Source: a virus (taxonomy: Duplodnaviria > Heunggongvirae > Uroviricota > Caudoviricetes). From it: 64,000 bases of DNA. The notes below the pieces were generated by a model. It was not told where the DNA came from and did no database searches. It was given only the letters and a program-made list of their open reading frames with translations. Shown piece after piece: positions 1 through 8,625 of this stretch (within the stretch, counting starts at the first letter, position 1; each line of letters starts with the position of its first letter). The position numbers and the translations under genes were made by a program. Location of the stretch: IMG/VR virus record IMGVR_UViG_3300029305_003072; one strand, given 5' to 3'.

Positions 1-771
1 AATCGCAGATTCAGTCTTATTGACGTGCTGACCGCCTTTTCCGCTTGAACGGAAAGTATCAACTCTAACATCTTTCATATCGAGTTCCACAGAGTTATCT
101 GCCTCGATTTCAGGCATTACTTCGACTGCTGCGAATGAAGTATGGCGTCTATTTTGAGAATCAAAGGGAGAAACGCGAACCAAACGATGGACGCCATTCT
201 CAGCGTTCAGCAAGCCGTATACATTCTCTCCTCTGATTTCTACCGAAACACTTTTCACGACTGAGCTATCTTCACCATCTTGCCAATCCAAAATATTGAA
301 TTGAAAATCATGATTACTAGCCCAGGCCGCATACATCTGAAGTAACATTCTGGTCCAGTCTTGTGCTTCTTTACCACCGGCACCAGAATGAATATTTAAA
401 ATGGCGTTGCAGGAATCGTACTTACCTGTGAACATTAACTCTAACTTGAGCTTTTGGATTTCCTCGACGAGGTAATTATAATCCATCTCAAATTCATGCA
501 AATAGTTGACTTCGCCTTCCTCTATTGCATACTCAGTTAAAGTTTTAAGGTCATCATACATATTCCAGATACCGAAATATAAATCATATTTCTTTTTGAG
601 GCGAGAGTATTCCTTCAGCTCCTCTTCTGGAATTTCATTCCAGGTTGAGTGGTTGAACTTAGCTTCGAGATAAGCCATACGGTCTTTCATCTCTTGAGGT
701 TTCAGAAGTTCAGCTACCTGTCTGATTTCCTCGTGCAAGTCTCTCACTTTTAACATAAATTCGCTTAACAT
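1..771 (-). CDS. prfB: peptide chain release factor 2 (RF2), N-terminal ~257 aa; 3' end lies beyond window start
   Basis: Minus-strand translation from ATG (plus 771-769), preceded by GAGGAGG: MLSEFMLKVRDLHEEIRQVAELLKPQEMKDRMAYLEAKF...NAILNIHSGAGGKEAQDWTRMLLQMYAAWA...RVSPFDSQNRRHTSFAAVEV...SSGKGGQHVNKTESAI. The SPF tripeptide is RF2-specific and the GGQ motif is present. No in-frame UGA frameshift site occurs near codon 25. Confidence 0.88.
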   Translation of the reverse strand, partial: MLSEFMLKVRDLHEEIRQVAELLKPQEMKDRMAYLEAKFNHSTWNEIPEEELKEYSRLKKKYDLYFGIWNMYDDLKTLTEYAIEEGEVNYLHEFEMDYNYLVEEIQKLKLELMFTGKYDSCNAILNIHSGAGGKEAQDWTRMLLQMYAAWASNHDFQFNILDWQDGEDSSVVKSVSVEIRGENVYGLLNAENGVHRLVRVSPFDSQNRRHTSFAAVEVMPEIEADNSVELDMKDVRVDTFRSSGKGGQHVNKTESAI

Positions 772-788
772 AATACTCCTCCTCTCTC

Positions 789-818
789 AAAAAGAATGGG
801 GGCGGAAGTCCCGCCCCC
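789..818 (-). terminator. rho-independent terminator (GGGGGCGG..CCGCCCCC hairpin, T-run on minus strand)
   Basis: An 8-bp GC stem at ~798-818 preceded on plus by AAAAAG, which is a U-run on the minus strand, downstream of gene 844-1257. Confidence 0.6.
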
Positions 819-843
819 GTGAATTAAGCTATCTGAGTTAGGC

Positions 844-1257
844 TCAGGCTTCCACTGCGCGGAAAGCCTTTACCTTACGAGCCTTGGCGCCATCAACGCC
901 AGGAACAGTGACATCAGTCTTCTCTGCGTCACCAGCCTCAACCAGCTTAGTCAAGCGGTAAGTAACCTTAGACACAGTAGCGTCTGCGTTGACCTCAGCA
1001 ACAGCAGCGGCGATGTCAGCGATAGTCTGGAACTCGCCAGTCAAAGCGTCACGGACCTGGTCCATGAGAACATCGGCCTCAGCCTTCTTAGCAGCGGCAC
1101 GCTCCTTAGCCTTAGCAGCCTTGGAATCCAAGGAAGCAATCTCCTTGTCGCAGAATGCCATCACAGTGGCAGCATCGAACTTGCAAGAACCAGTCTCGAA
1201 AGTCTCCTTGATAGCCTCGAACATCTCTCTCTTAGTAATCTTTTCCATAATTTGCAC
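844..1257 (-). CDS. hypothetical protein (137 aa, Ala/Lys-rich)
   Basis: Uninterrupted minus ORF with a cassette promoter just upstream (1310-1346). Confidence 0.6.
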   Translation of the reverse strand: MQIMEKITKREMFEAIKETFETGSCKFDAATVMAFCDKEIASLDSKAAKAKERAAAKKAEADVLMDQVRDALTGEFQTIADIAAAVAEVNADATVSKVTYRLTKLVEAGDAEKTDVTVPGVDGAKARKVKAFRAVEA

Positions 1258-1309
1258 CTATACCTTTCAAAAATTTATTTATTTCGTAAGGCTTTCTTTC
1301 TTTACCTTA

Positions 1310-1346
1310 CATATATATTATATCATATTTTTTTGAAAAAATCAAT
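1310..1346 (-). promoter_or_regulatory. early promoter cassette copy A (TTGATT-17-TGaTATAAT)
   Basis: Minus-strand -35 TTGATT at plus 1340-1345 and -10 TATAAT at 1317-1322, with a 17-nt spacer. It is followed by the conserved GTAAG(G/A)TAAAGAAAG leader. The same ~60-bp cassette recurs 7 more times. Confidence 0.75.
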
Positions 1347-3057
1347 AGACGATTTTCCCGAGTAGGTCAATACGCTCTTCATCGCTCTTTGTGGCTTGCA
1401 TTTGCTTTAGCCACTCGATGGTGCGTCGACTCAAATTGCCGGCATTGAAGCCGTCCTCAGTAACATTGCGGATGTCAAATGCTTGGCGTCTATTACCCCA
1501 GCTATCTCTAACATCATACAACTGACCGAATAGAGGTTCATACTCTTCCGGATGGTTCAAACAATCTTCACAGATAGATACATAGAAGTTGTAATTAAAT
1601 CCATCACGAATTTCTTCGTTTTCAGTATCTGCAAACTGAAGATAAATGTGTGCAACGCAATCATTTCTATGATGGTCGCCGCAAACCTCACATTCACTCA
1701 GTTCATTGTGGTAACACCAGTCGCAGGCGATATAATCGTCGTCAACTGTATAGGACTCATCATATGAGCTGTGCCAGTCGCCGCAGAAATCGCAACGCCA
1801 GTGTCCGTCACACGCTCTGCACTGTACAACATGAGCATCGACCTCGTCAAGCTCAATAATATCGCCGCAGCCAGTGCAAACTGCAGGTCCAGAGAAGTTG
1901 CAAGAATAATGGTCATCATCTTCAATCTTCTGGTCTGCCACATATGCTAAACGATAATCATAGACATCATTGTACATATAATTACAGTAGAAGTTGAAAC
2001 GAATGTGTTTATCCTTGACAGTGTTCCAGCTGTCATTTTTCAGCTGAATAGTTTCTTCGGGATAAGGTCCATATCCCGGAATCTGAGTCATCAAATCTCG
2101 AATCCATCTAATCGCTACACCCTGCAAATCATCGCTGATGTAAGGATACTGACGATTTCCAAGAATGACTTCTCTTGTTACGATGTAAAGCTGACGCCAA
2201 CGCTTACTATTCCAGTTACCGCCGGGAGTCCACATAGGCTCCTTGGACTCAACATATGCCACGATGACACAAGGAGAGTTCATCATTTCGATGGTTCCCA
2301 GTCTGTAATCGCCAGGTTCGTCCATCCAGCTCATACAAGAGGTCCAGCCGCAGTTGTTATCACTCATAGTGATAAAATCAAGCGGGTGAATAGACAGGCA
2401 AAGATTACCTTTAATCTGCTTCTGGTTTAGAACTTGAGAATGTGCCTGTCGGAACAGCTCATATCCAGAAGACTTTTCTAACGGCCCGCAGCACTCTGTT
2501 TCGCCATCAGTGTAGTAGCAGCCACAACCGCTGCAGTACATGATGGGGAGTTCTACATTAAGAGCCGCCGCAATCTTACCAAGCATTTTAACAGCTTTGC
2601 AGTTAGCATTAACCACAAGAGGTCGTCCATCCTTAGTAAACTTGCCAGGGATTGTGAAACCAGGACCGGGATAAATATTGTCAACCAACATATCCCAATC
2701 TTCAACAAAGGACTTGAGGCGATAAGTCATATCAATATCGCCCATCTCGTTGCCGATATGTCGAGCAGCATCCTTATAGGCAGAAATAAAGTTACGAATC
2801 ATCTGGTGTCCGTTGTTTAAAGCGGAATACATATCATTGGACAGTTCATCTTTTGGCTTAACTAAACGAACTTCCTTTTTTACGATAAACTGCTCTCCGA
2901 ACGCCCGGAAGAACGGTTCTTTATTTTCGTCCCAAAAACGAAGGAAATATCCCATTTTGTCTAACGGAAGAGTTCCGTTACCTTCATCACCGTAGTGAGA
3001 AATATAAGACTTAAATTGTGACTTATCTTCGTCCGGGAGCCTTTCAAATATACTCAT
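1342..3057 (-). CDS. hypothetical protein, 571 aa, Cys/His-rich (zinc-binding) C-terminal region
   Basis: Long uninterrupted minus ORF with many CxxC/HxxC clusters in the last ~150 aa. Promoter cassette B lies upstream. Confidence 0.65.
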   Translation of the reverse strand: MSIFERLPDEDKSQFKSYISHYGDEGNGTLPLDKMGYFLRFWDENKEPFFRAFGEQFIVKKEVRLVKPKDELSNDMYSALNNGHQMIRNFISAYKDAARHIGNEMGDIDMTYRLKSFVEDWDMLVDNIYPGPGFTIPGKFTKDGRPLVVNANCKAVKMLGKIAAALNVELPIMYCSGCGCYYTDGETECCGPLEKSSGYELFRQAHSQVLNQKQIKGNLCLSIHPLDFITMSDNNCGWTSCMSWMDEPGDYRLGTIEMMNSPCVIVAYVESKEPMWTPGGNWNSKRWRQLYIVTREVILGNRQYPYISDDLQGVAIRWIRDLMTQIPGYGPYPEETIQLKNDSWNTVKDKHIRFNFYCNYMYNDVYDYRLAYVADQKIEDDDHYSCNFSGPAVCTGCGDIIELDEVDAHVVQCRACDGHWRCDFCGDWHSSYDESYTVDDDYIACDWCYHNELSECEVCGDHHRNDCVAHIYLQFADTENEEIRDGFNYNFYVSICEDCLNHPEEYEPLFGQLYDVRDSWGNRRQAFDIRNVTEDGFNAGNLSRRTIEWLKQMQATKSDEERIDLLGKIVY

Positions 3058-3089
3058 ATCGGCTACCTCTCATCTCTTTCTTTATCTTA

Positions 3090-3126
3090 CATATATATTA
3101 TAACATATTTTTTATAAAAAATCAAG
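3090..3126 (-). promoter_or_regulatory. early promoter cassette copy B
   Basis: -10 at plus 3097-3102 and -35 at 3120-3125, spacer 17; same cassette sequence as copy A. Confidence 0.75.
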
Positions 3127-3165
3127 AAAGATTTTTATCTCCCACGAGGGGAGCCCTAAGGCTCC

Positions 3166-4455
3166 TTACTCGTGATGCTCACCGCAGTGGCACTCATGAG
3201 CACCAGCGGGCTTATTAGCGTTCATCATCAGCATAAAGGGAAGCATATCACCCATCTTACTGTCACCGCTCATCAGAGCATACATCATCAGAGGGTTGGA
3301 CATATCGATGTTGCCACCATTAGCCATCAGCATCAGAGGCAGCATATCCTTCACACCATTGCCATCCTCAGACAGCATCATCATCAGACCCAGATTACCA
3401 AAGGGATTATTGGCATCTGCATTGAAAGCATTGCCCAGGAAGTTGACAACCTTGGTAACGAAATTGAAGCCGAAGGGGCTCTTAGTCAGCATAATCTCCT
3501 TACGCTCGCCAGAAACAGGGTCGACTGCAACGACAGCCTTACCGTCCTCAGCCTTGCCAACAACGAACATAGGAACGCTCATATGAACGATGATATCGCC
3601 AACAGCAACATCATTGATAGCCACAGGCATCTTATACATGAACTTGGAACCCTCGAAGTTGAACACATCGACGTCCATAATCTCGCCAGCCTTGGCATCA
3701 TAAGACACCCAAGTACCGACCTTATTTTTCACAGCCATACCGTAAACAGACATACGGACGACATTGTTATTCATAGGACCGAAGTCAAAATTGAAACCCT
3801 TCATAGTAGAATTCTCCTTTTTATTTTCATATTTATTCAAGACATTCTCAACCTTGGAGGTCAAGTCGTCCAGTCTTTTATCAAACTCTGCTTTATCGAC
3901 CTTGGTGTCGATTACGCAAGAAAGTGTGGGACCGGTATCTGCCGCAATAGCAGAAATACCAATGTCTGCCAGCTTATCTTTTGTGATTGCCAAAGAATGC
4001 TTTAGAGCCTCGCCGCAATCAATAGCGATATTTTTTGCAGACTCAATGGCTGCAATATCCAGTTTATAATTCTTAACAGGATATACACTACTGGAGGTGC
4101 ATTGTACCGTTGCATCAATAGGCACCTCGAGTTCATTACTCAAAGGCATATTATAATAATTCCAGTCGTGGTCATATTCCTTGACATCAATCAGATTTTC
4201 AAACAGAAAGTCGCCAAAACTTTCATCACCACGACAAAAGCGATGATATTCATCTTCGTGACCAATAATCACGACAAAGGAATCGCCGCACTTTTCAATG
4301 ATAACTTGAGTTTCATTATCTCTGCTGTATTTCAGCTTTCGCCACATATGGTAATCCATCTTATGAAACACACCATCATAGACGAAATCTTCAAAATCTG
4401 ATAGATAGCCACAAAAATCCCACCAACTCATATAGAGTTTAGAACCTGTCGGCAT
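3166..4455 (-). CDS. hypothetical protein, 429 aa, Met-rich C-terminus ending in a HECHCGEHHE metal-binding-like tail
   Basis: Uninterrupted minus ORF; overlaps the next upstream gene by a few nt, suggesting an operon. Confidence 0.6.
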   Translation of the reverse strand: MPTGSKLYMSWWDFCGYLSDFEDFVYDGVFHKMDYHMWRKLKYSRDNETQVIIEKCGDSFVVIIGHEDEYHRFCRGDESFGDFLFENLIDVKEYDHDWNYYNMPLSNELEVPIDATVQCTSSSVYPVKNYKLDIAAIESAKNIAIDCGEALKHSLAITKDKLADIGISAIAADTGPTLSCVIDTKVDKAEFDKRLDDLTSKVENVLNKYENKKENSTMKGFNFDFGPMNNNVVRMSVYGMAVKNKVGTWVSYDAKAGEIMDVDVFNFEGSKFMYKMPVAINDVAVGDIIVHMSVPMFVVGKAEDGKAVVAVDPVSGERKEIMLTKSPFGFNFVTKVVNFLGNAFNADANNPFGNLGLMMMLSEDGNGVKDMLPLMLMANGGNIDMSNPLMMYALMSGDSKMGDMLPFMLMMNANKPAGAHECHCGEHHE

Positions 4456-4768
4456 ATCTTTTACTTACCTCTCTCTCGATATATTCTATATCATCGGAGG
4501 TCAAAGCATCTGGACTTAGACCTACCGCATATAGCAGATTTGCCTGCGTTGCACTGTCATTCGGGTCATCAGCTGCCGCAAGCCTTTCAACATAATCATC
4601 AATGCAAGTCTGATGATATGCGTAGGCAGAAAATGCCAGATTGTTTATTGAAGTATGTCTGTCCGGTGCAAACAGACCAAATTCACAATGGCTGTGAACG
4701 CCGTGATTATTGTGGTCGCACTCATTATGCTCAGCGCGATGAGCATCACAAAACCAACTCATACGCAT
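4439..4768 (-). CDS. hypothetical protein (109 aa, His/Cys-rich)
   Basis: Minus ORF with ATGA-type start/stop overlap to the neighbouring gene. Confidence 0.5.
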   Translation of the reverse strand: MRMSWFCDAHRAEHNECDHNNHGVHSHCEFGLFAPDRHTSINNLAFSAYAYHQTCIDDYVERLAAADDPNDSATQANLLYAVGLSPDALTSDDIEYIEREVSKRYADRF

Positions 4769-5094
4769 TACCCCATAGAGAAATGACCCGCTCCGAAGTG
4801 TTTGAAGTAATCAAACAGGTTTACTTCGGTGCTTTCGCCGCAGTCTTCGCAATGAGCTTCGAAAGTCAGCTCCACATAAGGATACTCATCTTTCAGAGCA
4901 GTCAGAGCCTCGGCCGCAGCCTTCGCCAGCTCATTGAAACGCTTTTCCTTACGATGCATCTTTTCAAAGTGGATAGCCTTTTCCAGAGCCTCCAGCTCGT
5001 CCCAAGACATATCAATGAAATCTACATTCTTACACATAGTATCAATCCTTTCAAATGTGATGCGGTTTTGGATATTATTCTGGCGAGACCGCAA
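4768..5094 (-). CDS. hypothetical protein (108 aa)
   Basis: Minus ORF and first gene of the transcript from cassette C. It has an unusually long ~270-nt leader that contains the tRNA-like element. Confidence 0.55.
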   Translation of the reverse strand: MRSRQNNIQNRITFERIDTMCKNVDFIDMSWDELEALEKAIHFEKMHRKEKRFNELAKAAAEALTALKDEYPYVELTFEAHCEDCGESTEVNLFDYFKHFGAGHFSMG

Positions 5095-5205
5095 ACTCCC
5101 AGGGGGATAGGTTTTGTCATTTTGGATTACCTGCCCACAACCTCACTAGCCAGTTTTACGACTCCATCTGCTGTCGGTCAAGATACAAGACATATTACAT
5201 AACGT

Positions 5206-5282
5206 CGCTCTAACCAGTTGAGCTACTGGGCCATGTGGCGACCCAGGCAGGACTCGAACCTGCAACCCCCGGCGTGACAGGC
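5206..5282 (-). tRNA. permuted/split tRNA-Asp(GTC)-like element: 3' part (anticodon loop CTGTCAC, T-arm GCAGGTTCGAGTCCTGC, acceptor CTGGGTC, G, CCA; plus 5236-5282) followed by 5' part (GGCCCAG TA GCTCAACTGGTTAGAGC G; plus 5206-5232)
   Basis: Read on the minus strand: ...GCCTGTCACGCCGGGGGTTGCAGGTTCGAGTCCTGCCTGGGTCGCCA CAT GGCCCAGTAGCTCAACTGGTTAGAGCGACGTT. The 3' piece matches the bacterial tRNA-Asp anticodon/T-arm layout and has an encoded CCA. The 5' piece is a textbook acceptor plus D-arm whose first 7 nt pair perfectly, with one G-U, with the 3' acceptor strand. The 3' half precedes the 5' half, so no canonical tRNA can be folded. Confidence 0.5.
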
Positions 5283-5319
5283 AAATTGAAATTGCTGTTA
5301 ATGTCTTTCTTTATCTTAC

Positions 5320-5355
5320 ATATATATTATATCATATTTTTTTATAAAAATCAAA
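5320..5355 (-). promoter_or_regulatory. early promoter cassette copy C
   Basis: -10 at 5326-5331 and -35 at 5349-5354, spacer 17. Confidence 0.75.
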
Positions 5356-5387
5356 GAGAACTCTTTTCGCCAGGTGGCTGGCTGTCC

Positions 5388-6104
5388 TTACTTCACCAAA
5401 GAACAGCGAGTAAGGACAGTAGTTTCCACATTGCGAATGACCTTATGGTCTTTTACAGTACCCTTAATATGACGCTTATCGCCAACTTCCCAACTCTTGG
5501 AAGCAGTGCTCCACAGATACTGATTGCCAGCAGCATCAACCATATAGTGAATAGTCTGCTCACCATAGTAGCCATCACGCTTATGAGCAACGATAACTTC
5601 GACCTCAAGGTCAAGTCTTTCACCTACAGTGCCCTGGAAAGTAGAATCGCCCTTGTCATACAGGATAGACTCAACCGCAGACTTAACATCTGCATCAGGC
5701 TTCAGACAACCTTCTTCTTCACCAACCAGTTCCCACTTTAGCTCAATAGGCTCAAGGCCAGCAGGCAGGTCGAAAGGAACTGCTTCAGTAGATACAATGT
5801 ACCAGCCCCACCACTTACAGTATCTTGCGATGGACTTCTGGAACCATTCCAGGTTAGCATATGTATCACCCTTGAAGATAGTTACATAGCCATTCTCAAA
5901 GCCGAGAACCTGCTTCTGAGTCTTGAAAACTTTTGCAGGAGCATCTACTTTTTCGCCATACATTTTAGCGTACTCAGCTTCAGTATACCAACGAACCTTA
6001 CGAACAGTGCCGGACTTTTCATTCTGAACATTTACATACATCTTACCTTTTTCGCAGAAAGGCTCGCCCAACTGTTTCATACTCTGAAAAGATTTTGCTA
6101 CCAT
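5388..6104 (-). CDS. hypothetical protein (~238 aa)
   Basis: Minus ORF. The start was chosen at ATG MVAKSFQ, preceded by GAGGAGG from the end of the upstream small gene. Confidence 0.6.
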   Translation of the reverse strand: MVAKSFQSMKQLGEPFCEKGKMYVNVQNEKSGTVRKVRWYTEAEYAKMYGEKVDAPAKVFKTQKQVLGFENGYVTIFKGDTYANLEWFQKSIARYCKWWGWYIVSTEAVPFDLPAGLEPIELKWELVGEEEGCLKPDADVKSAVESILYDKGDSTFQGTVGERLDLEVEVIVAHKRDGYYGEQTIHYMVDAAGNQYLWSTASKSWEVGDKRHIKGTVKDHKVIRNVETTVLTRCSLVK

Positions 6105-6105
6105 A

Positions 6106-6297
6106 TTATTCCTCCTCAATCATAGCTTCACAGACGGGGCAAATCATACCGACGCTGATATAGGGATAATCACACTTGTAAATAGGCTCGCCACATTCGG
6201 GGCACTCGAAGAACTCTTCATCCCAGTCCACGTAAGCACCGAAATCTCTCTCAACAAAAGTTGCTACATACTGCCAACTCCATACCATATTTATCAT
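6106..6297 (-). CDS. small zinc-ribbon protein (63 aa; CPECGE..CPVCE)
   Basis: Minus ORF directly downstream of cassette D, with two CxxC pairs. Confidence 0.55.
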   Translation of the reverse strand: MINMVWSWQYVATFVERDFGAYVDWDEEFFECPECGEPIYKCDYPYISVGMICPVCEAMIEEE

Positions 6298-6318
6298 TTC
6301 CTTTCTCTTTCACTTTCT

Positions 6319-6354
6319 ATATATATTATATCATATTTTTTTATAAAAATCAAA
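6319..6354 (-). promoter_or_regulatory. early promoter cassette copy D
   Basis: -10 at 6325-6330 and -35 at 6348-6353, spacer 17. Confidence 0.75.
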
Positions 6355-6387
6355 GAAGCCTACTAGCATCTAGTAGGCTTCTTATCT

Positions 6388-6705
6388 TTACCACATTACA
6401 TCAACGACCACATAGTCGTACTCAGGAAACATATCCCGCAGAAAAGTCTTGATGCAATTTTCCAGACGGATGTGGGCTTCATCCTGCCAAGAATGACCCT
6501 CATATTCATCAAGCTCGTCAATGTAATATTTGCAGCACACATCGTTCATGTAGAAATTATCAAACATTAAACGACGAATACCATTGTGCTTTGCTCGAAT
6601 CTCCTGGATGAATTCAGGTCCATATTGAGCTTCAAGAGCATTTTCTAAATCTCCAACCCAAAAACAGGGAACGGTTTTATATTTCATTATATACACCCTC
6701 CACAT
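6388..6705 (-). CDS. hypothetical protein (105 aa)
   Basis: Minus ORF in a tightly packed leftward operon driven by cassette E. Confidence 0.5.
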   Translation of the reverse strand: MWRVYIMKYKTVPCFWVGDLENALEAQYGPEFIQEIRAKHNGIRRLMFDNFYMNDVCCKYYIDELDEYEGHSWQDEAHIRLENCIKTFLRDMFPEYDYVVVDVMW

Positions 6706-7007
6706 TCACCAGGACGGAAGTCCTCGGCTTGAAACGCCAAATAAATGTCGAACAAAGAAGCCGGCAGGTCATGAACCCAGGGATTCTCCGCAACCCACTC
6801 CTCAAATTCTAGACCATCCTCGTAGTTTCCAAACTGTTCGCACATATCGTCATCAAACCACCACTCTTCATAAGTGCCGGCAGTGTTCATATGAGAAGTT
6901 CGCAGGTCTTCTGGAATCATATGGGAATAATTCACTCCTCCGATGAAGAGTGACCACTCACCAGAGCAACGGCAAGGGTATTCGCCAGACCATTTTGCAA
7001 TTACCAT
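6687..7007 (-). CDS. hypothetical protein (106 aa)
   Basis: Minus ORF overlapping neighbours by a few nt. Confidence 0.5.
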   Translation of the reverse strand: MVIAKWSGEYPCRCSGEWSLFIGGVNYSHMIPEDLRTSHMNTAGTYEEWWFDDDMCEQFGNYEDGLEFEEWVAENPWVHDLPASLFDIYLAFQAEDFRPGECGGCI

Positions 7008-7017
7008 AGAAACCTCC

Positions 7018-7323
7018 TTACTTCACATAAATATCAATATCTTCACCCATAAAACAGTAATTAAACTCTATCTTTTTGACAATATATCCATATTGCCAAC
7101 CATTTAAGTGATGATAAAAGATGTTATTATTATATAGGTCGTAATCAAAACAACGCACAATATTATCAGAGCCACGATAAATGGTTACTGTTCCCCAAGT
7201 TTTTTGATTTTCCCGAAGCCACTTCAGAGCCTCTTCGAGCGTAACAGCATTTTGTTCAATTTCGATATGACCAAAACCGCTGCCCATGTCAGACATCTGA
7301 GGTCTATCAATTATTCGTTTCAT
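7018..7323 (-). CDS. hypothetical protein (~101 aa)
   Basis: Minus ORF. The start was chosen at MKRIIDR, preceded by GGAGG; the longer ORF-track start lacks an SD. Confidence 0.5.
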   Translation of the reverse strand: MKRIIDRPQMSDMGSGFGHIEIEQNAVTLEEALKWLRENQKTWGTVTIYRGSDNIVRCFDYDLYNNNIFYHHLNGWQYGYIVKKIEFNYCFMGEDIDIYVK

Positions 7324-7324
7324 T

Positions 7325-7630
7325 TTAATCCTCCAAATCAAACAACAGTTCTGGCGGGCAACAATACCCGTATAAACGGTACTTATCATTATACCACTTA
7401 GCAGTCTTCCGCAAATCTTGTTCTGCTTCGTTTAATTCCTCGATGGAGATAATGAAATCATGTCCAGTCTCATACTGGTCTTTGATGCGGCGATATTTAA
7501 TCCATTTCTCAATGATAATCTTCTTATCTAGCCAAGCCTGCATACGAATTGTATCCATATGCTTAGCGAAAAGAAATGAACCTAAAAGAATACTCGCCAC
7601 AACAATAGGGATAATGACTGTCTCCCACAT
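7325..7630 (-). CDS. hypothetical membrane-anchored protein (101 aa, N-terminal TM helix)
   Basis: Minus ORF with a hydrophobic N-terminus (VIIPIVVASILLGSFLFA). Confidence 0.5.
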   Translation of the reverse strand: MWETVIIPIVVASILLGSFLFAKHMDTIRMQAWLDKKIIIEKWIKYRRIKDQYETGHDFIISIEELNEAEQDLRKTAKWYNDKYRLYGYCCPPELLFDLED

Positions 7631-7920
7631 TAGAACATCCCCCTCGTACCATTTACAAGGAATTTCATCATATCACACAGCTCAGATTGCTTTTTCATTT
7701 TCTCCAGAACTTCATCGGGAGTTGCCGCACCCTCTGTGAGATAAGTAATGGCCTCCCGCAAACTCTGATTTTCGCATTCATATGCCAACATTTCCTGCTC
7801 CTGGGCAGCTATAATGGCTTGAGATTGATTATATTTCATACGCCACTCTTCAGCCTCGTGACGTAGCTTAGCTCGTTCTCTGTCCCAGGCTAAGTCTTTC
7901 GCAGTTTTTTGATATGCCAT
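7630..7920 (-). CDS. hypothetical protein (96 aa, coiled-coil-like)
   Basis: Minus ORF with start/stop overlap to the neighbouring gene. Confidence 0.5.
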   Translation of the reverse strand: MAYQKTAKDLAWDRERAKLRHEAEEWRMKYNQSQAIIAAQEQEMLAYECENQSLREAITYLTEGAATPDEVLEKMKKQSELCDMMKFLVNGTRGMF

Positions 7921-7929
7921 ACTTCCTCC

Positions 7930-8238
7930 TTACCACCACAGACGATTGGCAGAATTCCAAAACAGTTCAAAAATCAAATCGCCAATCATATTTTCGGGAA
8001 GACGACCATAACCAGTCATATAGTCAAACATAGAATTGACTTCTTCCTCTTCAAAATCTGCCAGACCGCCTTCCCATTCATCAACGATGGCAAACATCTT
8101 AACTTCAACCTGGCAATCGTGAGGCTTAGACAGGAAGTCTACCAGCTCCTTACAGGTACTAAACACAGTACCATCCTCACAGCGGAAGCAAGGAGAGTGA
8201 TTATCATCATCAAGACCCAGAATTCTCAAATTTTCCAT
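7930..8238 (-). CDS. hypothetical protein (~102 aa)
   Basis: Minus ORF starting at MENLRILG, with AAAGGA 10 nt upstream; cassette E is immediately upstream. Confidence 0.5.
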   Translation of the reverse strand: MENLRILGLDDDNHSPCFRCEDGTVFSTCKELVDFLSKPHDCQVEVKMFAIVDEWEGGLADFEEEEVNSMFDYMTGYGRLPENMIGDLIFELFWNSANRLWW

Positions 8239-8281
8239 ATATATCAATTCCTTTCTGAACTTTTCTTATCCTTTACTTTCT

Positions 8282-8317
8282 ATAAATATTATATCATATT
8301 TTTTTATAAAAATCAAT
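8282..8317 (-). promoter_or_regulatory. early promoter cassette copy E
   Basis: -10 at 8288-8293 and -35 at 8311-8316, spacer 17. Confidence 0.75.
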
Positions 8318-8326
8318 AGACCCTCT

Positions 8327-8360
8327 GAAAACCAGAGGGTCTATTTTTTTACATATATTT
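8327..8360. terminator. stem-loop terminator (TAGACCCTCTG/CAGAGGGTCTA) with T-run, probably bidirectional
   Basis: An 11-bp stem followed by TTTTTTT on plus; it overlaps the stop of minus gene 8349-8576. Confidence 0.55.
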
Positions 8361-8576
8361 AAAATACATTTGGCAGACTTTACATTCTAATCGGTCCAAT
8401 TCTCTTTGAACCTTTTCAATATTTTCTTTTGATACTGCGACATAATTATCGCTATAATGTTGATTAAAATATCCCATTGCAACAATAGTGTCATCCACCC
8501 AGTCATGAATAGTTGCAGAACTCATGCCGCTAGCAAGCGCTTTTCTCAGCGCATTTACATTAATAATATTCTCCAT
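8349..8576 (-). CDS. hypothetical protein (75 aa)
   Basis: Minus ORF with its own promoter at 8626-8661. Confidence 0.5.
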   Translation of the reverse strand: MENIINVNALRKALASGMSSATIHDWVDDTIVAMGYFNQHYSDNYVAVSKENIEKVQRELDRLECKVCQMYFKYM

Positions 8577-8625
8577 TTAAAATACTCCTTTATTAAAATT
8601 GTTTTTCGGTTTGGCCTCACCCTGT

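Noticed and set aside
989-1336. Plus-strand ORF (115 aa) antisense to gene 844-1257.
   Set aside because: It lies entirely within a well-supported minus gene, has no SD or promoter, and its C-terminus is the translated promoter cassette (..HIYYIIFF).
3172-4005. 277-aa His/Gln-rich plus ORF.
   Set aside because: Antisense to the 3166-4455 gene, with compositional bias from reading a Met/His codon-rich gene backwards and no start signals.
4540-5202. 220-aa plus ORF spanning the leader region.
   Set aside because: Antisense to minus genes 4439-5094 and to the tRNA-like element, with no SD.
5206-5282. Calling this a functional suppressor tRNA (anticodon CUA).
   Set aside because: The anticodon loop reads GTC (Asp-type) and the element is permuted; no tRNA-CUA was found in this window.
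5365-5412. Hairpin TGTCCTTACT..AGTAAGGACAG overlapping the stop of gene 5388-6104.
   Set aside because: No adjacent U-run on the minus strand, so a terminator role is uncertain; not annotated.
3018-8319. Several plus ORFs containing the peptide FFILHIYYIIFFYKNQ (3018-3218, 5235-5741, 6261-6452, 7909-8319).
   Set aside because: The shared peptide is simply the conserved promoter cassette translated on the wrong strand; these are not genes.
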